Part shown: one piece after another, positions 32,576 to 42,263 of the stretch
Numbering within the stretch: position 1 is the first letter of the stretch
How the letters are laid out: the number at the start of each line of letters is the position of its first letter
Assembly: GCA_023150935.1 (NCBI GenBank)
Contig: JAKLJW010000027.1
Span: forward strand, 4,556-68,555
Direction: 5' to 3'
DNA length: 64,000 bases
Source: Candidatus Binatia bacterium
GTDB lineage: Bacteria > Desulfobacterota > Binatia > HRBIN30
Position numbers and translations under genes: made by a program
The notes under the pieces: generated by a model
Seen by the model: the letters and a program-made list of their open reading frames with translations, nothing else
The model's database searches: none
What the model was told of the DNA's origin: nothing

Positions 32576-32980
32576 TCAGTCGCCTCGCACGTCGAGGCCC
32601 GGCACGCGATCGAAGTGCTTCACGTTGCGCGTGACGATGGCAGCGCCATCGACCAGCGCCGCCGTGGCGATCGAGAGGTCCATCGTCGCGATCGGTCGCC
32701 CGGCGCCCCGCAAGGCCGTCGGCACTCGGGCGTAGGCCGCCGGAAAGCGCTCGTCCGGGTAGCTCACGACGAGACTCTCACACAGGCGCCGCACGCGCTG
32801 GCGCTCGACGGACGGCCGCTCCGAGTTCTCGGCGCCGGCAAGCAACTCACACAGAACGTGAACCCCGACGCGCACCTCCTCTCCGGCCAGCCCGTCGAGC
32901 AACAGGGTTGCGGGTCCGCGCGTGCCGCGGCGCGCCTCGCGCGGCAGGTCGACGAGGAACGAGGTGTCGGCGTGGATCAC
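32576..32980 (-). CDS. vapC: PIN-domain toxin VapC (second module)
   Basis: Frame of ORF 32576..33214(-) from GTG 32980, which overlaps the antitoxin stop (GTGA). VIHADTSFLVDL...HVLCELLAGAE...SIATAALVDGAAIVTRNVKHF. Confidence 0.75.
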   Translation of the reverse strand: MIHADTSFLVDLPREARRGTRGPATLLLDGLAGEEVRVGVHVLCELLAGAENSERPSVERQRVRRLCESLVVSYPDERFPAAYARVPTALRGAGRPIATMDLSIATAALVDGAAIVTRNVKHFDRVPGLDVRGD

Positions 32981-33210
32981 AGCCGCACGCGCCGGGCCCG
33001 GTTGGTGCGCCGGGCCCGGACCTGTGCGTCGATCGCGTTGAGGGTATCCTCGGAAAGCCGTGCGGCCGTGATCGCTGCACGGAGGTCGGCACCAGTGGTT
33101 CGGCGACCGAGTCGGGCCTTGATCGTCTGAGAAAAGGACTCGCCCGGCCGCTTGCACCGCGAAAGAATCTCGTATGCTTCGACGTCGATGGTAATCGTCT
33201 TGACGGCCAT
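32977..33210 (-). CDS. antitoxin of the second VapBC module (MKTITI...PGESFS type)
   Basis: Frame of ORF 32977..33225(-). MAVKTITIDVEAYEILSRCKRPGESFSQTIKARL is typical of small PIN-associated antitoxins. Confidence 0.7.
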   Translation of the reverse strand: MAVKTITIDVEAYEILSRCKRPGESFSQTIKARLGRRTTGADLRAAITAARLSEDTLNAIDAQVRARRTNRARRVRL

Positions 33211-33326
33211 GCACAGACGATGCACTTACGCCTCCCGCCCGTCAAGCTGCGGATCGTGGTGTTGCCAAAGCGGTTGGCGCAAAGGAGCGGACCGGCGCAG
33301 TTTCTCGTGGCGGGGGTGTTCTCGGC

Positions 33327-33408
33327 GGGGTGGCACCTCCGGATGTGTCCACAGTTCCTTGGCAATACATGAAAACCAAGCCTGATTGGTGGCCTTAACG
33401 CCCGGGTT
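33327..33408 (+). repeat. dispersed repeat R, copy 2
   Basis: See copy 1. It is followed at 33518-33559 by a 42 nt segment that is 35/42 identical to 25949-25990 (5' part of transposase fragment copy A). Confidence 0.8.
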
Positions 33409-33600
33409 GTTTGTATCCGTTCGCCGACCGCGCCTCGTGCCGCGGCGAGGGGATCGGGGATGATGCGCGCCAGAAAAGGAGCGCGGGATGGGTACGAGGA
33501 CGCGGAAGCGACGGGCGGCCGGCACGAATCGGCAGCGAAACGTACCAAAGGTACCGTCAGCGGGAGCGCTGCCGGCCTGAGAGAACGGACTCCGACGCCT

Positions 33601-34710
33601 TCACGCGCTTTGTGAGTCCCTGTCGAACCACTGATCCACCGCCAGGACGAAGATGGGCCAGGTGCAGGGAACCATGACCAGTACCGTGCGCATTTCCTTC
33701 AGAACGCCGCCAAACACCAGATAGATAGCCACCCAACCGGGTAACTGCGCGGCCAGACAAAGCAGTATGAGCGGCGTTCTGCGCGTGTGTGTCGCGAGGT
33801 AGAGCAGTGAAGGGCCGAAAACGAGGATCAGTCCGCACGCCCACAGCGGGAAGCTCTCGATGTTCTGGGCCAGCGACCATCCCTCCCATCCTCGGTCGGT
33901 GCCGAAGACCAGGCGCAGAGCGATCTGTCCCGCCGCCGCCGCGCCGAGCCCCAGGGCCGCCTCCGCCACCACGCGCCACCGCAGGTGCCGTGCTTCGAGG
34001 GCGGCGCAAAGCCCCACCGACAGCGGCAAGAGAACGTGCTTTTCCCAAACGAAGCCGGAGATCAGCAGCAAACCAAAGTAGCGCGCGCCGAGGCGGCCGT
34101 CGAAAACGCTCTCCAATAACAGCACCATCAGTGCGGCGCCCCACGGATCGCCGGGATGGTAGAAGTTGTCGTACCAGAAGACAGGCAGGACGGCGACGAA
34201 ATAGAACGACGCCAGGAGGGCGTGCGTCGTGCTGCCCACGCGCAAACACAACCGAAAGAGCAGGACGACGAAGAGCGCCAGACCCACGCCGTAGTAAAGG
34301 GTGTAGGATATTGCGAGAGCTTCTGCATCCGGGCTCCCTGTCCACCGCGTAATGCCAGCGAGCAAGCGATCGTGGACGTACATCTGATACTGGATGGGAG
34401 CATCGGCCTTACCGTCGAGCACGCTCAGATGCACGGCCAGTTGCGCGGCCGCGTGCGCCACGCTGCGCTCCAGCAGCACCGTGTAGACCGAGAACAAGAC
34501 CAGCAAGACGAGCCAGAGGGCAGCGATGCGATTTCGCTCACTGCGCAATCTCGGTCCGGTCGCCGGCAGACGAGGCACTCGGCTATCCCGGCTATCTGGG
34601 TGAGGGGCGGGCATCCGGTGGCTCGATCTGCGAACCGGGCGATCGATGCCGCGACTGCGATCGCCCCGGCAAGCGCTGGCACGCGGTGGCCAACTCTCCC
34701 GATCTGTCAT
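33601..34710 (-). CDS. polytopic integral membrane protein, function unknown
   Basis: Frame of ORF 33601..34722(-), ATG 34710 (alternative TTG 34722 overlapping the upstream stop). At least 8 hydrophobic helices (LWLVLLVLFSVYTVLL, YYGVGLALFVVLLF, FYFVAVLPVFWY...). Confidence 0.6.
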   Translation of the reverse strand: MTDRESWPPRASACRGDRSRGIDRPVRRSSHRMPAPHPDSRDSRVPRLPATGPRLRSERNRIAALWLVLLVLFSVYTVLLERSVAHAAAQLAVHLSVLDGKADAPIQYQMYVHDRLLAGITRWTGSPDAEALAISYTLYYGVGLALFVVLLFRLCLRVGSTTHALLASFYFVAVLPVFWYDNFYHPGDPWGAALMVLLLESVFDGRLGARYFGLLLISGFVWEKHVLLPLSVGLCAALEARHLRWRVVAEAALGLGAAAAGQIALRLVFGTDRGWEGWSLAQNIESFPLWACGLILVFGPSLLYLATHTRRTPLILLCLAAQLPGWVAIYLVFGGVLKEMRTVLVMVPCTWPIFVLAVDQWFDRDSQSA

Positions 34711-34718
34711 CCGGGATC

Positions 34719-36965
34719 TCAAGCATGCGTTCTTCCGGAGCCGGCCGGCAGGTTGTCGCGCAGCGACACGTCGACCTCGTTCTCGATCTGCCCCAGCGTA
34801 GCGTGCAGCTCGCGCGTCACGGCGGCCAGTGCCTGCACGCGCCGCCTCACTTCCGGCGGCAGCGTTTCCATCGCCGCGGTCGGTTTCCGCGGCGCCTGCA
34901 GATCGGCCGGCGCCCGCTCCGCCGGCGCCTCGGGGTGCCGATCGATGCGGTTCGCCAGCGCCACGAGGCGCGCGGCCACTTCGTCGGCGTGTGCGAGCAG
35001 CTCGCGCTGTGCCGCCGACGGGAGAGTCCCTGCGGGTATCGCTTCGAGGGCGCGGTCCAGCGCCAGCAGGCTGACGAAAACGTGCTGCAGGCGATTGCTC
35101 AGCAGCAGCACGGCTCGCCGCTCGCCCTCGGCGATCGGCGACCGGAACGTCGGCTCGATCAACAAGGCATCGTGCAGGCTCAGCGCCGCGGCGACGTCAC
35201 GATGAACGTCGAACCATGCCCGCTGCGCGCAGGCCGCATCGCGGTCGATCACGGCCCGGTGGTAGTCGGCCATGCCCCGTAACGCTCGCACCAGCGAGCG
35301 CCGCACCTGATCCCGCGCGAACACGGGCCAGAGCGTGCTGTCGAGAACTCCTACCACGACGACGCCGAGCAGCACGCCGGCGACACGGTCGGCGGGGATT
35401 TCCAGCGCCACCGTCGGAGCGTGGAAGTTGACCAGCGCCAGCGACAGCGCGATCGCCATCTGAATGCCGACGTACGAAAAGCGAGAGCTGCCCGATACCA
35501 TCCATGCCGCGGCGCCGAACAGCGGCGTGGTCAGCAGGACGAACGAACCCACGCTCTCCATGTTCGGCATCGCCACGAGAATCAGCAGCAGAGCCAGCAG
35601 GCCGCCGATCGCCGAGCCGATGAACCGCAGCAGCGACTTGAACCAGCTCGCGCCGACCGTGGATTGCGATACCACCAGACAGGTCAGCACGCCGGTCGAG
35701 ATCTCGGGCCAGTCCATGGCCTGATAGGCCAGACCGACGATGGATGCGGCAAGGGCGGCCTTGAGCGCACTGTGCACCGCGTCGCTATTGGCCAGCGTGC
35801 AGTCGACCGTGCGAAACGGCACGGCCGCGGCCGAAGCCGGAGCGAGGACCGGACTTACCAGGGACGCGCGATCGCCGCTCAGGAACGCCGTGGCCGCGGC
35901 GGTTTGCGCCAGCGCGGTCTCCATTTCCGCGAGTGCGGCGGCCATTTCGGGCGACAGGTCCGTGGCGGGCCGCGACTTTTCCGCCGCTTCGGCGAGAACC
36001 GCCGGCCGGCGCGCCTCGATCGCTTCCCGGACCGTGCGGCACCCCGACTGCAAAGCGGTGAGTCGTGTGGTCACCGCCGGCGGCGGGGCGGCGGCATCCG
36101 CCGCGGTCGCCACCGCCCGACGTACGCGGATTGCGGTCATCAATAGAAGTTCGCTCTCGGTCAGGAGCTGAAGCTGAGTTGCCCGATGCCCACCGGGTCG
36201 GGTCGCGCGCAGATCCGCGCGCGCCAGCAGATCCAGTTGACGCGTCAGACCGCTGGCCCCGATCAGGTCCGTCGGCACCGTACGCGGGTCCCATGCCTGG
36301 CCGGCGATGACTCGTCCCACAATCCGCTCGATCCGCGCCAGGCGGCTCGCCAATTCGTCGAGAAACACGGTTCCCGGATGGTCGGGCCACAGAACGAGCT
36401 GGGCTACCGTACCGAGGGCGGCGCCCGCCGTCGTCAGGCCGATGCGCCAAAGGACCGTCACCAGTGCCGGTTCGCCCGCGGCAACGTACTCGGGAATCGC
36501 GATCAGGTAAGTGATGCCGATAAGGGTGGTGGCGTACGGGGCCGTGGTCGTGCGCGACAGGAAGATCGAGACGGCCACCACGGCCGCCTGCAAAGGGAAG
36601 AGAAACCACGGCTTGTCGGCGAAGGCCGCCAGGCCGAGGATTCCGATGCCGCCGCCGAGAAGCGTTCCGACCATGCGCTGCGCGGCCTTGGTGGCAGAGG
36701 CCACCGCGTCGGACTGCGTGACGACGAAGAGGACGATGATCAGGAATTCCCCGTCGGGGATGCGCAGCGTCATGATGAGCGCCGCGCACAGAGCGTAGGC
36801 GAGAGAGATGCGCAGGGTTGCCCGCCAGCGCGCCGGCGTCGGCGCCAACTCCTCCCGCAAGACGTCGAACAGGTGCCGTTCCCACACCCCGACGCCGCCG
36901 AACTCTCGGCGGGCCACCGGGATCGGCGGCAGTACGGATACGCTATCTACCGTTGGCGGGGGCAC
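34719..36965 (-). CDS. FUSC-family efflux inner-membrane protein (AaeB/MdtO-like)
   Basis: 748 aa. Duplicated FUSC architecture (RISLAYALCAALIMTLRIPDGEFLIIVLFVVTQSD...QRMVGTLLGGGIGIL and a second half KSLLRFIGSAIGGLLALL). Confidence 0.8.
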   Translation of the reverse strand: MPPPTVDSVSVLPPIPVARREFGGVGVWERHLFDVLREELAPTPARWRATLRISLAYALCAALIMTLRIPDGEFLIIVLFVVTQSDAVASATKAAQRMVGTLLGGGIGILGLAAFADKPWFLFPLQAAVVAVSIFLSRTTTAPYATTLIGITYLIAIPEYVAAGEPALVTVLWRIGLTTAGAALGTVAQLVLWPDHPGTVFLDELASRLARIERIVGRVIAGQAWDPRTVPTDLIGASGLTRQLDLLARADLRATRPGGHRATQLQLLTESELLLMTAIRVRRAVATAADAAAPPPAVTTRLTALQSGCRTVREAIEARRPAVLAEAAEKSRPATDLSPEMAAALAEMETALAQTAAATAFLSGDRASLVSPVLAPASAAAVPFRTVDCTLANSDAVHSALKAALAASIVGLAYQAMDWPEISTGVLTCLVVSQSTVGASWFKSLLRFIGSAIGGLLALLLILVAMPNMESVGSFVLLTTPLFGAAAWMVSGSSRFSYVGIQMAIALSLALVNFHAPTVALEIPADRVAGVLLGVVVVGVLDSTLWPVFARDQVRRSLVRALRGMADYHRAVIDRDAACAQRAWFDVHRDVAAALSLHDALLIEPTFRSPIAEGERRAVLLLSNRLQHVFVSLLALDRALEAIPAGTLPSAAQRELLAHADEVAARLVALANRIDRHPEAPAERAPADLQAPRKPTAAMETLPPEVRRRVQALAAVTRELHATLGQIENEVDVSLRDNLPAGSGRTHA

Positions 36966-36967
36966 GC

Positions 36968-38038
36968 TCAGGAGCCGGCGGCCGCCACCGGGTGGCTGGC
37001 CGCGTCGCCGCGGTTATCGGAGTCGCCGACGACGGTAACCACGGCCGTCATGCCCATGCGGTACGGCCGTTCCGGTGTCGGCGGCTCGAGCTCGACCCGC
37101 ACCGGTATGCGGTTCGCGAGCCGCACCCAGTTGAGCGTCGGGTCTACCTTTGGCAGCACGCCGACGTTGCCGCCGTCGAGCGGCGATATCGCCCAGGCGA
37201 CCCCCTGCACCCAGCCGCGCACCCGATGGCCGGGATAGCTGAGCAGGAACACCTCGACCGGCATGCCGGGGCGGATCGACTCGAGGTAGGTCTCCTGAAA
37301 ATTGGCGAGCACGTACCAGTGACGGGTGTCGACGAGCGCGAACACCTGCCTGCCCGCCACGGCGTACTCGCCGCGCGAGAGGTTGAGATTGGTGACGCGG
37401 GCCGGGAACGGCGCCACGACGCGGCAGTAGCCGACGTTCAGCTCCGCGTTCCACACCGCCGCCTCGGCCGCGGCGCGCCGCGCGTTCAGCTCGCCGAACT
37501 GCGCGAGCAGGCTCTCCTGCCGCGCCAGCTCCTGGCGCGCTTTCTCGACGGCGGCCGTCGCTGCCCGCTGCCGCGTTTGCGCCTCCTCGAAACGGTCGCG
37601 GGTCACGAACTGCTGCGGCACCAGCGGTTCGAGACGCCGCACGTGATCCCCCGAATAAGTCGCCTCGGCTTCGAGGCGCTCCACCTCGGCCCGCGCCGCC
37701 GCCACGGCGTTCCCGATCGCATCGATCTCCGCCTGCGCCAGCAACAGCTCCGCCTTTGCCTGCGCCAGTGCCGCTTCGTAGGGCCGCGGGTCGACGAGGA
37801 ACAGCAGCGCCCCTTCGGGGACATCCTGGTTGTCGACGATCGGCAGCTCGACGATGGGTCCGCTCACGTGCGGCGCGATGCCGACGATGTTGGCGCGCAC
37901 CGCCGCATCGTCGGTGCGCGGACGACGGTAGGTTCGCAACGTCACGTACCCGGCCACCGCTACGGCGGCGACAACGATAACCAGGCTGAGTAGCCGTGCG
38001 AGCCGTTGCTGCCAGATGGGGTCGTCCGCCGCCGCCAT
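36968..38038 (-). CDS. HlyD-family periplasmic adaptor (AaeA/MdtN/EmrA-like)
   Basis: 356 aa. Single N-terminal TM, lipoyl/hairpin coiled-coil region, and barrel-sandwich C-terminus (VRGWVQGVAWAISP...). Confidence 0.82.
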   Translation of the reverse strand: MAAADDPIWQQRLARLLSLVIVVAAVAVAGYVTLRTYRRPRTDDAAVRANIVGIAPHVSGPIVELPIVDNQDVPEGALLFLVDPRPYEAALAQAKAELLLAQAEIDAIGNAVAAARAEVERLEAEATYSGDHVRRLEPLVPQQFVTRDRFEEAQTRQRAATAAVEKARQELARQESLLAQFGELNARRAAAEAAVWNAELNVGYCRVVAPFPARVTNLNLSRGEYAVAGRQVFALVDTRHWYVLANFQETYLESIRPGMPVEVFLLSYPGHRVRGWVQGVAWAISPLDGGNVGVLPKVDPTLNWVRLANRIPVRVELEPPTPERPYRMGMTAVVTVVGDSDNRGDAASHPVAAAGS

Positions 38039-38041
38039 GGG

Positions 38042-38362
38042 TCAGGTCCGAAACAGCAGTAACCACGTGAGGCAGGTGAACAGAACGGTCAGGCTCGGGT
38101 AGACGAGCAGCAGCGGCGCCATGTGCCGCTCGAGCCCGACGATCGCCAACGCCAGGCGCGCCACGACCGTCAGGACGATTCCGAACAGCAGGCAGACGAT
38201 CCAGGCCGGGAAGAACGATCCGTAAACGTTGATGACCGGATCGCAGCTCCCCACCGGCAGGAGGAGCGCGGCTGCGGCCGTGTGCGCGATCGCCACCCGG
38301 CGCGCCGGTGGCGGCGACTTCGATTGCGGGGCGCCTGTCGGCGCCGGCGTCGAGCCCACCAT
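38042..38362 (-). CDS. YtcA-like small lipoprotein/membrane protein (start uncertain)
   Basis: 106 aa ORF. ...LLLPVGSC/DPVINVYGSFFPAWIVCLLFGIVL matches my recollection of the E. coli YtcA family that precedes mdtNOP. Lipobox-like VGSC. Confidence 0.55.
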   Translation of the reverse strand: MVGSTPAPTGAPQSKSPPPARRVAIAHTAAAALLLPVGSCDPVINVYGSFFPAWIVCLLFGIVLTVVARLALAIVGLERHMAPLLLVYPSLTVLFTCLTWLLLFRT

Positions 38363-38480
38363 GCGCCCGCAGCCTATGAAAGTATGCGGCGCTTGTCACG
38401 TCTCCGCTGCGATCTCCTGTCGCGCATGTGCGAAGAGTCTCGATGCCGTGTACACTGCAACTGTCGACCAAGGAGGACAA

Positions 38481-39377
38481 ATGAGCGTCGCAGCGCGATT
38501 CTCCAAACCCTACAGGATTGCGAAGGGCAAACGGTTCCGGCTGAAGGACGTCGATCCGGACGACATCGGCGGACTGCCGCCGGACGCCAAGGGCGACTCG
38601 AAGCAATACCTCGAACGGGGCATTGCCCTACTCGCCGAGCTGCAGGAGAAACTCTACGCCCAGGATCGCTGGTCGGTTCTGCTGATCTTCCAGGCCATGG
38701 ATGCGGCCGGCAAGGACGGCACGATCAAGCACGTCATGTCCGGCGTTAACCCGCAGGGCTGCGAGGTGTATTCCTTCAAACAGCCGTCGGCCCTCGACCT
38801 CGATCACGACTTCATGTGGCGGACGACGATCTGCCTTCCGGAGCGCGGGCGGATCGGCATATTCAACCGCTCTTATTACGAAGAGGTGCTCGTTACCCGC
38901 GTGCACCCCGAGATCGTCGCGCGCCAGAAACTGCCGCCGCCGCTGGTGACCGCGAACATATGGGAGCAACGCTTTGAGGACATCAATGCCTTTGAACGCT
39001 ACCTCGCGCGCAACGGCACCGTCATCCGCAAGTTCTTCCTGCACATCTCGAAACGGGAACAGAAGAAGCGCTTCGTGGAACGTATCGACGACCCGCACAA
39101 GCAATGGAAGTTCTCCGAGTCGGACGTGCGCGAGCGGGAACGCTGGAAGGACTACATGGCCGCGTACGAGGACGCCATTCGCAATACCGCCACGGAACAT
39201 GCGCCGTGGTACGTCGTGCCGGCGAACAACAAGTGGTTTGCGCGCCTCGTCGTGGCGGCGGCAGTGATCGACGCTCTGGAGGAGCTCGACCTCAAGTTCC
39301 CCAAGGTCGACGCGGCCAAGCGGAAGGAGCTGGCGAGGGCGCGCGCCCTGCTGGACAAAAACGGCAACTCGAACTGA
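38481..39377 (+). CDS. ppk2: polyphosphate kinase 2 family phosphotransferase
   Basis: Frame of ORF 38229..39377 from ATG 38481 (RBS AGGAGG). [17 protein letters not shown] Walker A variant and NRSYYEEV lid, typical PPK2 motifs. Confidence 0.88.
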   Translation: MSVAARFSKPYRIAKGKRFRLKDVDPDDIGGLPPDAKGDSKQYLERGIALLAELQEKLYAQDRWSVLLIFQAMDAAGKDGTIKHVMSGVNPQGCEVYSFKQPSALDLDHDFMWRTTICLPERGRIGIFNRSYYEEVLVTRVHPEIVARQKLPPPLVTANIWEQRFEDINAFERYLARNGTVIRKFFLHISKREQKKRFVERIDDPHKQWKFSESDVRERERWKDYMAAYEDAIRNTATEHAPWYVVPANNKWFARLVVAAAVIDALEELDLKFPKVDAAKRKELARARALLDKNGNSN

Positions 39378-39400
39378 GCGCGACGAAAGGAGAATTGCAC

Positions 39401-40414
39401 ATGCAAATCGGCATGATCGGCTTGGGCCGCATGGGCGCCAACATGGTGCGGCGGTTGTTGAAGGACGGGCACCAGTGCGTGGTCTACGACACACACGCGG
39501 ACGCCGTGCAGGCGCAGGTGAAGGAAGGCGCCGTGGGCGCCACCTCTTTGAACGACCTCGTCGCGAAACTGAAGCCGCCGCGGGCCGTGTGGCTGATGGT
39601 ACCTGCGGCCGCCGTCGATGCGATGGTCGGCGAGCTGGGCTCGCGGCTGCAACCCGACGACGTGCTGATTGACGGCGGCAATTCCTATTACATTGACGAC
39701 ATCCGCCGCGCGGAGGAATTGACCGGACGCGGCCTTCACTACGTGGATGTCGGCACCAGCGGCGGCGTCTGGGGACTCGAACGCGGCTACTGCATGATGA
39801 TCGGAGGCGATGACGCGGCAGTGCGGCGCCTCGACCCGATCTTCAAAAGCCTGGCACCCGGGCGCGGCAGCATCGACCGCACCCCGGGCCGCGACGGGAT
39901 CGGCGGCACCGCCGAAGAGGGGTACCTGCATTGCGGACCGTCGGGAGCCGGGCACTTCGTGAAGATGGTTCACAACGGCATCGAATACGGCCTCATGGCC
40001 GCGTACGCCGAGGGCGTCAACATCCTGCGCCACGCCAATGTCGGCAAGCAGGGCCGGGTCGTCGACGCCGAGACGACCCCTCTGCGCAATCCGGAACATT
40101 ACCGCTACGATCTCAACCTGCGGGACATTGCCGAAGTGTGGCGACGGGGGAGTGTCATCGCCTCCTGGTTGCTCGACCTCACGGCGATCGCGCTGACCAG
40201 AGACCCGCAGCTCGAGGGGTTTGCCGGTCGAGTCTCCGACTCCGGCGAGGGCCGCTGGACGATACTTGCGGCCATCGACGAAGGCGCGCCGGCCCCCGTA
40301 CTGACCACCGCGCTGTACGAGCGCTTCACTTCGCGCGGCGAGGCCGACTTCGCCAACAAACTCCTGTCGGCGATGCGCTACGAGTTCGGCGGACACCTGG
40401 AAAAACCCAGGTAG
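39401..40414 (+). CDS. gnd: 6-phosphogluconate dehydrogenase (decarboxylating), short Gnd/YqeC type
   Basis: Frame of ORF 39104..40414 from ATG 39401. [19 protein letters not shown] Rossmann motif, [22 protein letters not shown]. Confidence 0.85.
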   Translation: MQIGMIGLGRMGANMVRRLLKDGHQCVVYDTHADAVQAQVKEGAVGATSLNDLVAKLKPPRAVWLMVPAAAVDAMVGELGSRLQPDDVLIDGGNSYYIDDIRRAEELTGRGLHYVDVGTSGGVWGLERGYCMMIGGDDAAVRRLDPIFKSLAPGRGSIDRTPGRDGIGGTAEEGYLHCGPSGAGHFVKMVHNGIEYGLMAAYAEGVNILRHANVGKQGRVVDAETTPLRNPEHYRYDLNLRDIAEVWRRGSVIASWLLDLTAIALTRDPQLEGFAGRVSDSGEGRWTILAAIDEGAPAPVLTTALYERFTSRGEADFANKLLSAMRYEFGGHLEKPR

Positions 40415-40439
40415 GCGGCCGCCGCCGCTCGCTCGAGGG

Positions 40440-42245
40440 TCAGTCGAGCCGGTGGTTGGTGACGACGGCAAACGTGGGCCGCCGGAACAGCACGGTTGCC
40501 CCGGGCGGATACCTGTCCGGGGCGCTGACCAGAAAGATCCGGGTTGCGGCGTTCCACTGTTCGGTCAGCTCGGCCTGCGTCATGAACAGCTCGGGCGCGT
40601 CGCCCTGACGGCGGCCGAACAGCAGGTCGGCGTGCTCGCCTTCTTCGAGTACGGTGACCGGACGGTCGGCATAGAAGCTCAGGCTCATCGTCTGTTCGTA
40701 AATGCCATCCACGATCAGCCGCGCATCGGCAACCCAGTGCGTGCGCACCACCTCCATCGCCGTCCGTTGGGAACGGTCGTCGCCGAGTAGTTGCGTGCCG
40801 CGACTGACGAAAGGCAGGACCAGAGTGAAGCCCACCGCCCAGGCCGCAAAGGCCGTCCACGGGCGCCGCTTCCAGGCGGCGGCCAGTGCGACCGCGCCGA
40901 CGCCCAGCAACAGGAAGGCGAAGGGGCGCGCCAGGTCGGTTGCCTGTCGCGCGAAGAGCAGGGCGTCGTCGGGGTGCTCGCGGTAGTAGCCGTCGAGCTG
41001 GGAGACCAGGGCGGTCAGGGCGCCACCCTGCACCGGCAGTACATACGCCACGGCGACAAACAGGACACCGAGAGCGATTAGTCCCGCGGCGGGGAAGATC
41101 AGCGACCAGAGCCGCCCCCGTCCAGTCACACGCTCCGGCCACCATGCAGCCACCACTACCGCCAGCGCCGGCAACGCGGGCAGGCCGTACTTCTCCAGCC
41201 GCGACTGCGCGAGCGTGAAAAAGCCCATCACAAAGCCCGCCCACAAGAGCGGAATGGTCAGCGGCCGCAAGGCGGCCCGCCCCCGCGCCAGTGCCGACGG
41301 CAGGAACAACGACCACGGCAGTAACCAGAAGAACGTTGCCGCCCAGAAGCCGACCACCGAAATCGGCGTGTAGTCGATCGGTTCGCGAATGTTGAGGAAC
41401 CTGTAGAGGTGCTCGTTGAGCAGGTAGAAGGAAACGAATGACGGGTCGCGCCACGCCAGCGTCGCGTGCCAGGGCAGGAAGACGAGCGCGAAGATAGCCA
41501 GGCCCATGCCCGGGCGGAGCCGCCGCAGCAGCGTCCGGTCGCCCGCGGCCGTGTAAAGCACGATCACGCTGAACGGCACGGCGATGCCCAGCAGCCCTTT
41601 GGTCAAACCCGCAAGGGCGGCGCCGCCGTAAACGAGCAGCGGTCCCGCCCACGGCCGCCGGCCACCGGCGGTGAGAACCAGCCCGAGCAGCGTTAGACTG
41701 AGAAAGAACGTCAACGGAGCATCCGGAAAGACGGCGCGCGCAAAGACGAAAGGCCCGATCGCGGTGGCGTACATGAGACCGGCGCGCAGGGCGGCGCCCC
41801 GACCCACCAGGGCGAGGGCGATGAGATAGACCACGGCCACCGTGCCCATGTGCGACAGCACTCCCGGCAGTCTAGACGCCAGTTCGTTCGATCCGAAGGC
41901 ATCCTGTGCTACCGCGATCGCCCAGTACAGCAACGGCGGCTTTTCGTAGTAGCGGACGTCGTTCAGTCGGGGTTGCACCCAATCGCCGCTGACGAGCATT
42001 TCGCGACCGATGAGGGCGTAGCGCGCCTCGCCTTCGAGCAGCGGGTTGTCGCCCAGTTGGTACAGGCCGAGTGCGGCGGTCAGCCCGAGGCAGAGCGCCA
42101 ACCCGACGACGAGCGTCGAAATCGACCGCGCCGCGCTCCCCGCGGCGTCGGCGGCGCCGATCTCCGCGGCTCGCGTGCCCGCCATTGGACCCGAATGGCC
42201 CATCGTTCTACTGGATGCTGAAATACCCGCGCCCCCCGGGGACAA
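40440..42245 (-). CDS. ArnT/PMT-like GT-C glycosyltransferase (family 39/83 type; start uncertain)
   Basis: 601 aa ORF. EARYALIGREMLVSGDWVQPRLNDVRYYEKPPLLYWAIA is the characteristic first-loop motif of ArnT-like enzymes. More than 10 TM helices. Confidence 0.78.
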   Translation of the reverse strand: MSPGGAGISASSRTMGHSGPMAGTRAAEIGAADAAGSAARSISTLVVGLALCLGLTAALGLYQLGDNPLLEGEARYALIGREMLVSGDWVQPRLNDVRYYEKPPLLYWAIAVAQDAFGSNELASRLPGVLSHMGTVAVVYLIALALVGRGAALRAGLMYATAIGPFVFARAVFPDAPLTFFLSLTLLGLVLTAGGRRPWAGPLLVYGGAALAGLTKGLLGIAVPFSVIVLYTAAGDRTLLRRLRPGMGLAIFALVFLPWHATLAWRDPSFVSFYLLNEHLYRFLNIREPIDYTPISVVGFWAATFFWLLPWSLFLPSALARGRAALRPLTIPLLWAGFVMGFFTLAQSRLEKYGLPALPALAVVVAAWWPERVTGRGRLWSLIFPAAGLIALGVLFVAVAYVLPVQGGALTALVSQLDGYYREHPDDALLFARQATDLARPFAFLLLGVGAVALAAAWKRRPWTAFAAWAVGFTLVLPFVSRGTQLLGDDRSQRTAMEVVRTHWVADARLIVDGIYEQTMSLSFYADRPVTVLEEGEHADLLFGRRQGDAPELFMTQAELTEQWNAATRIFLVSAPDRYPPGATVLFRRPTFAVVTNHRLD

Positions 42246-42263
42246 CGGTCTTTCGGTCCCGTC

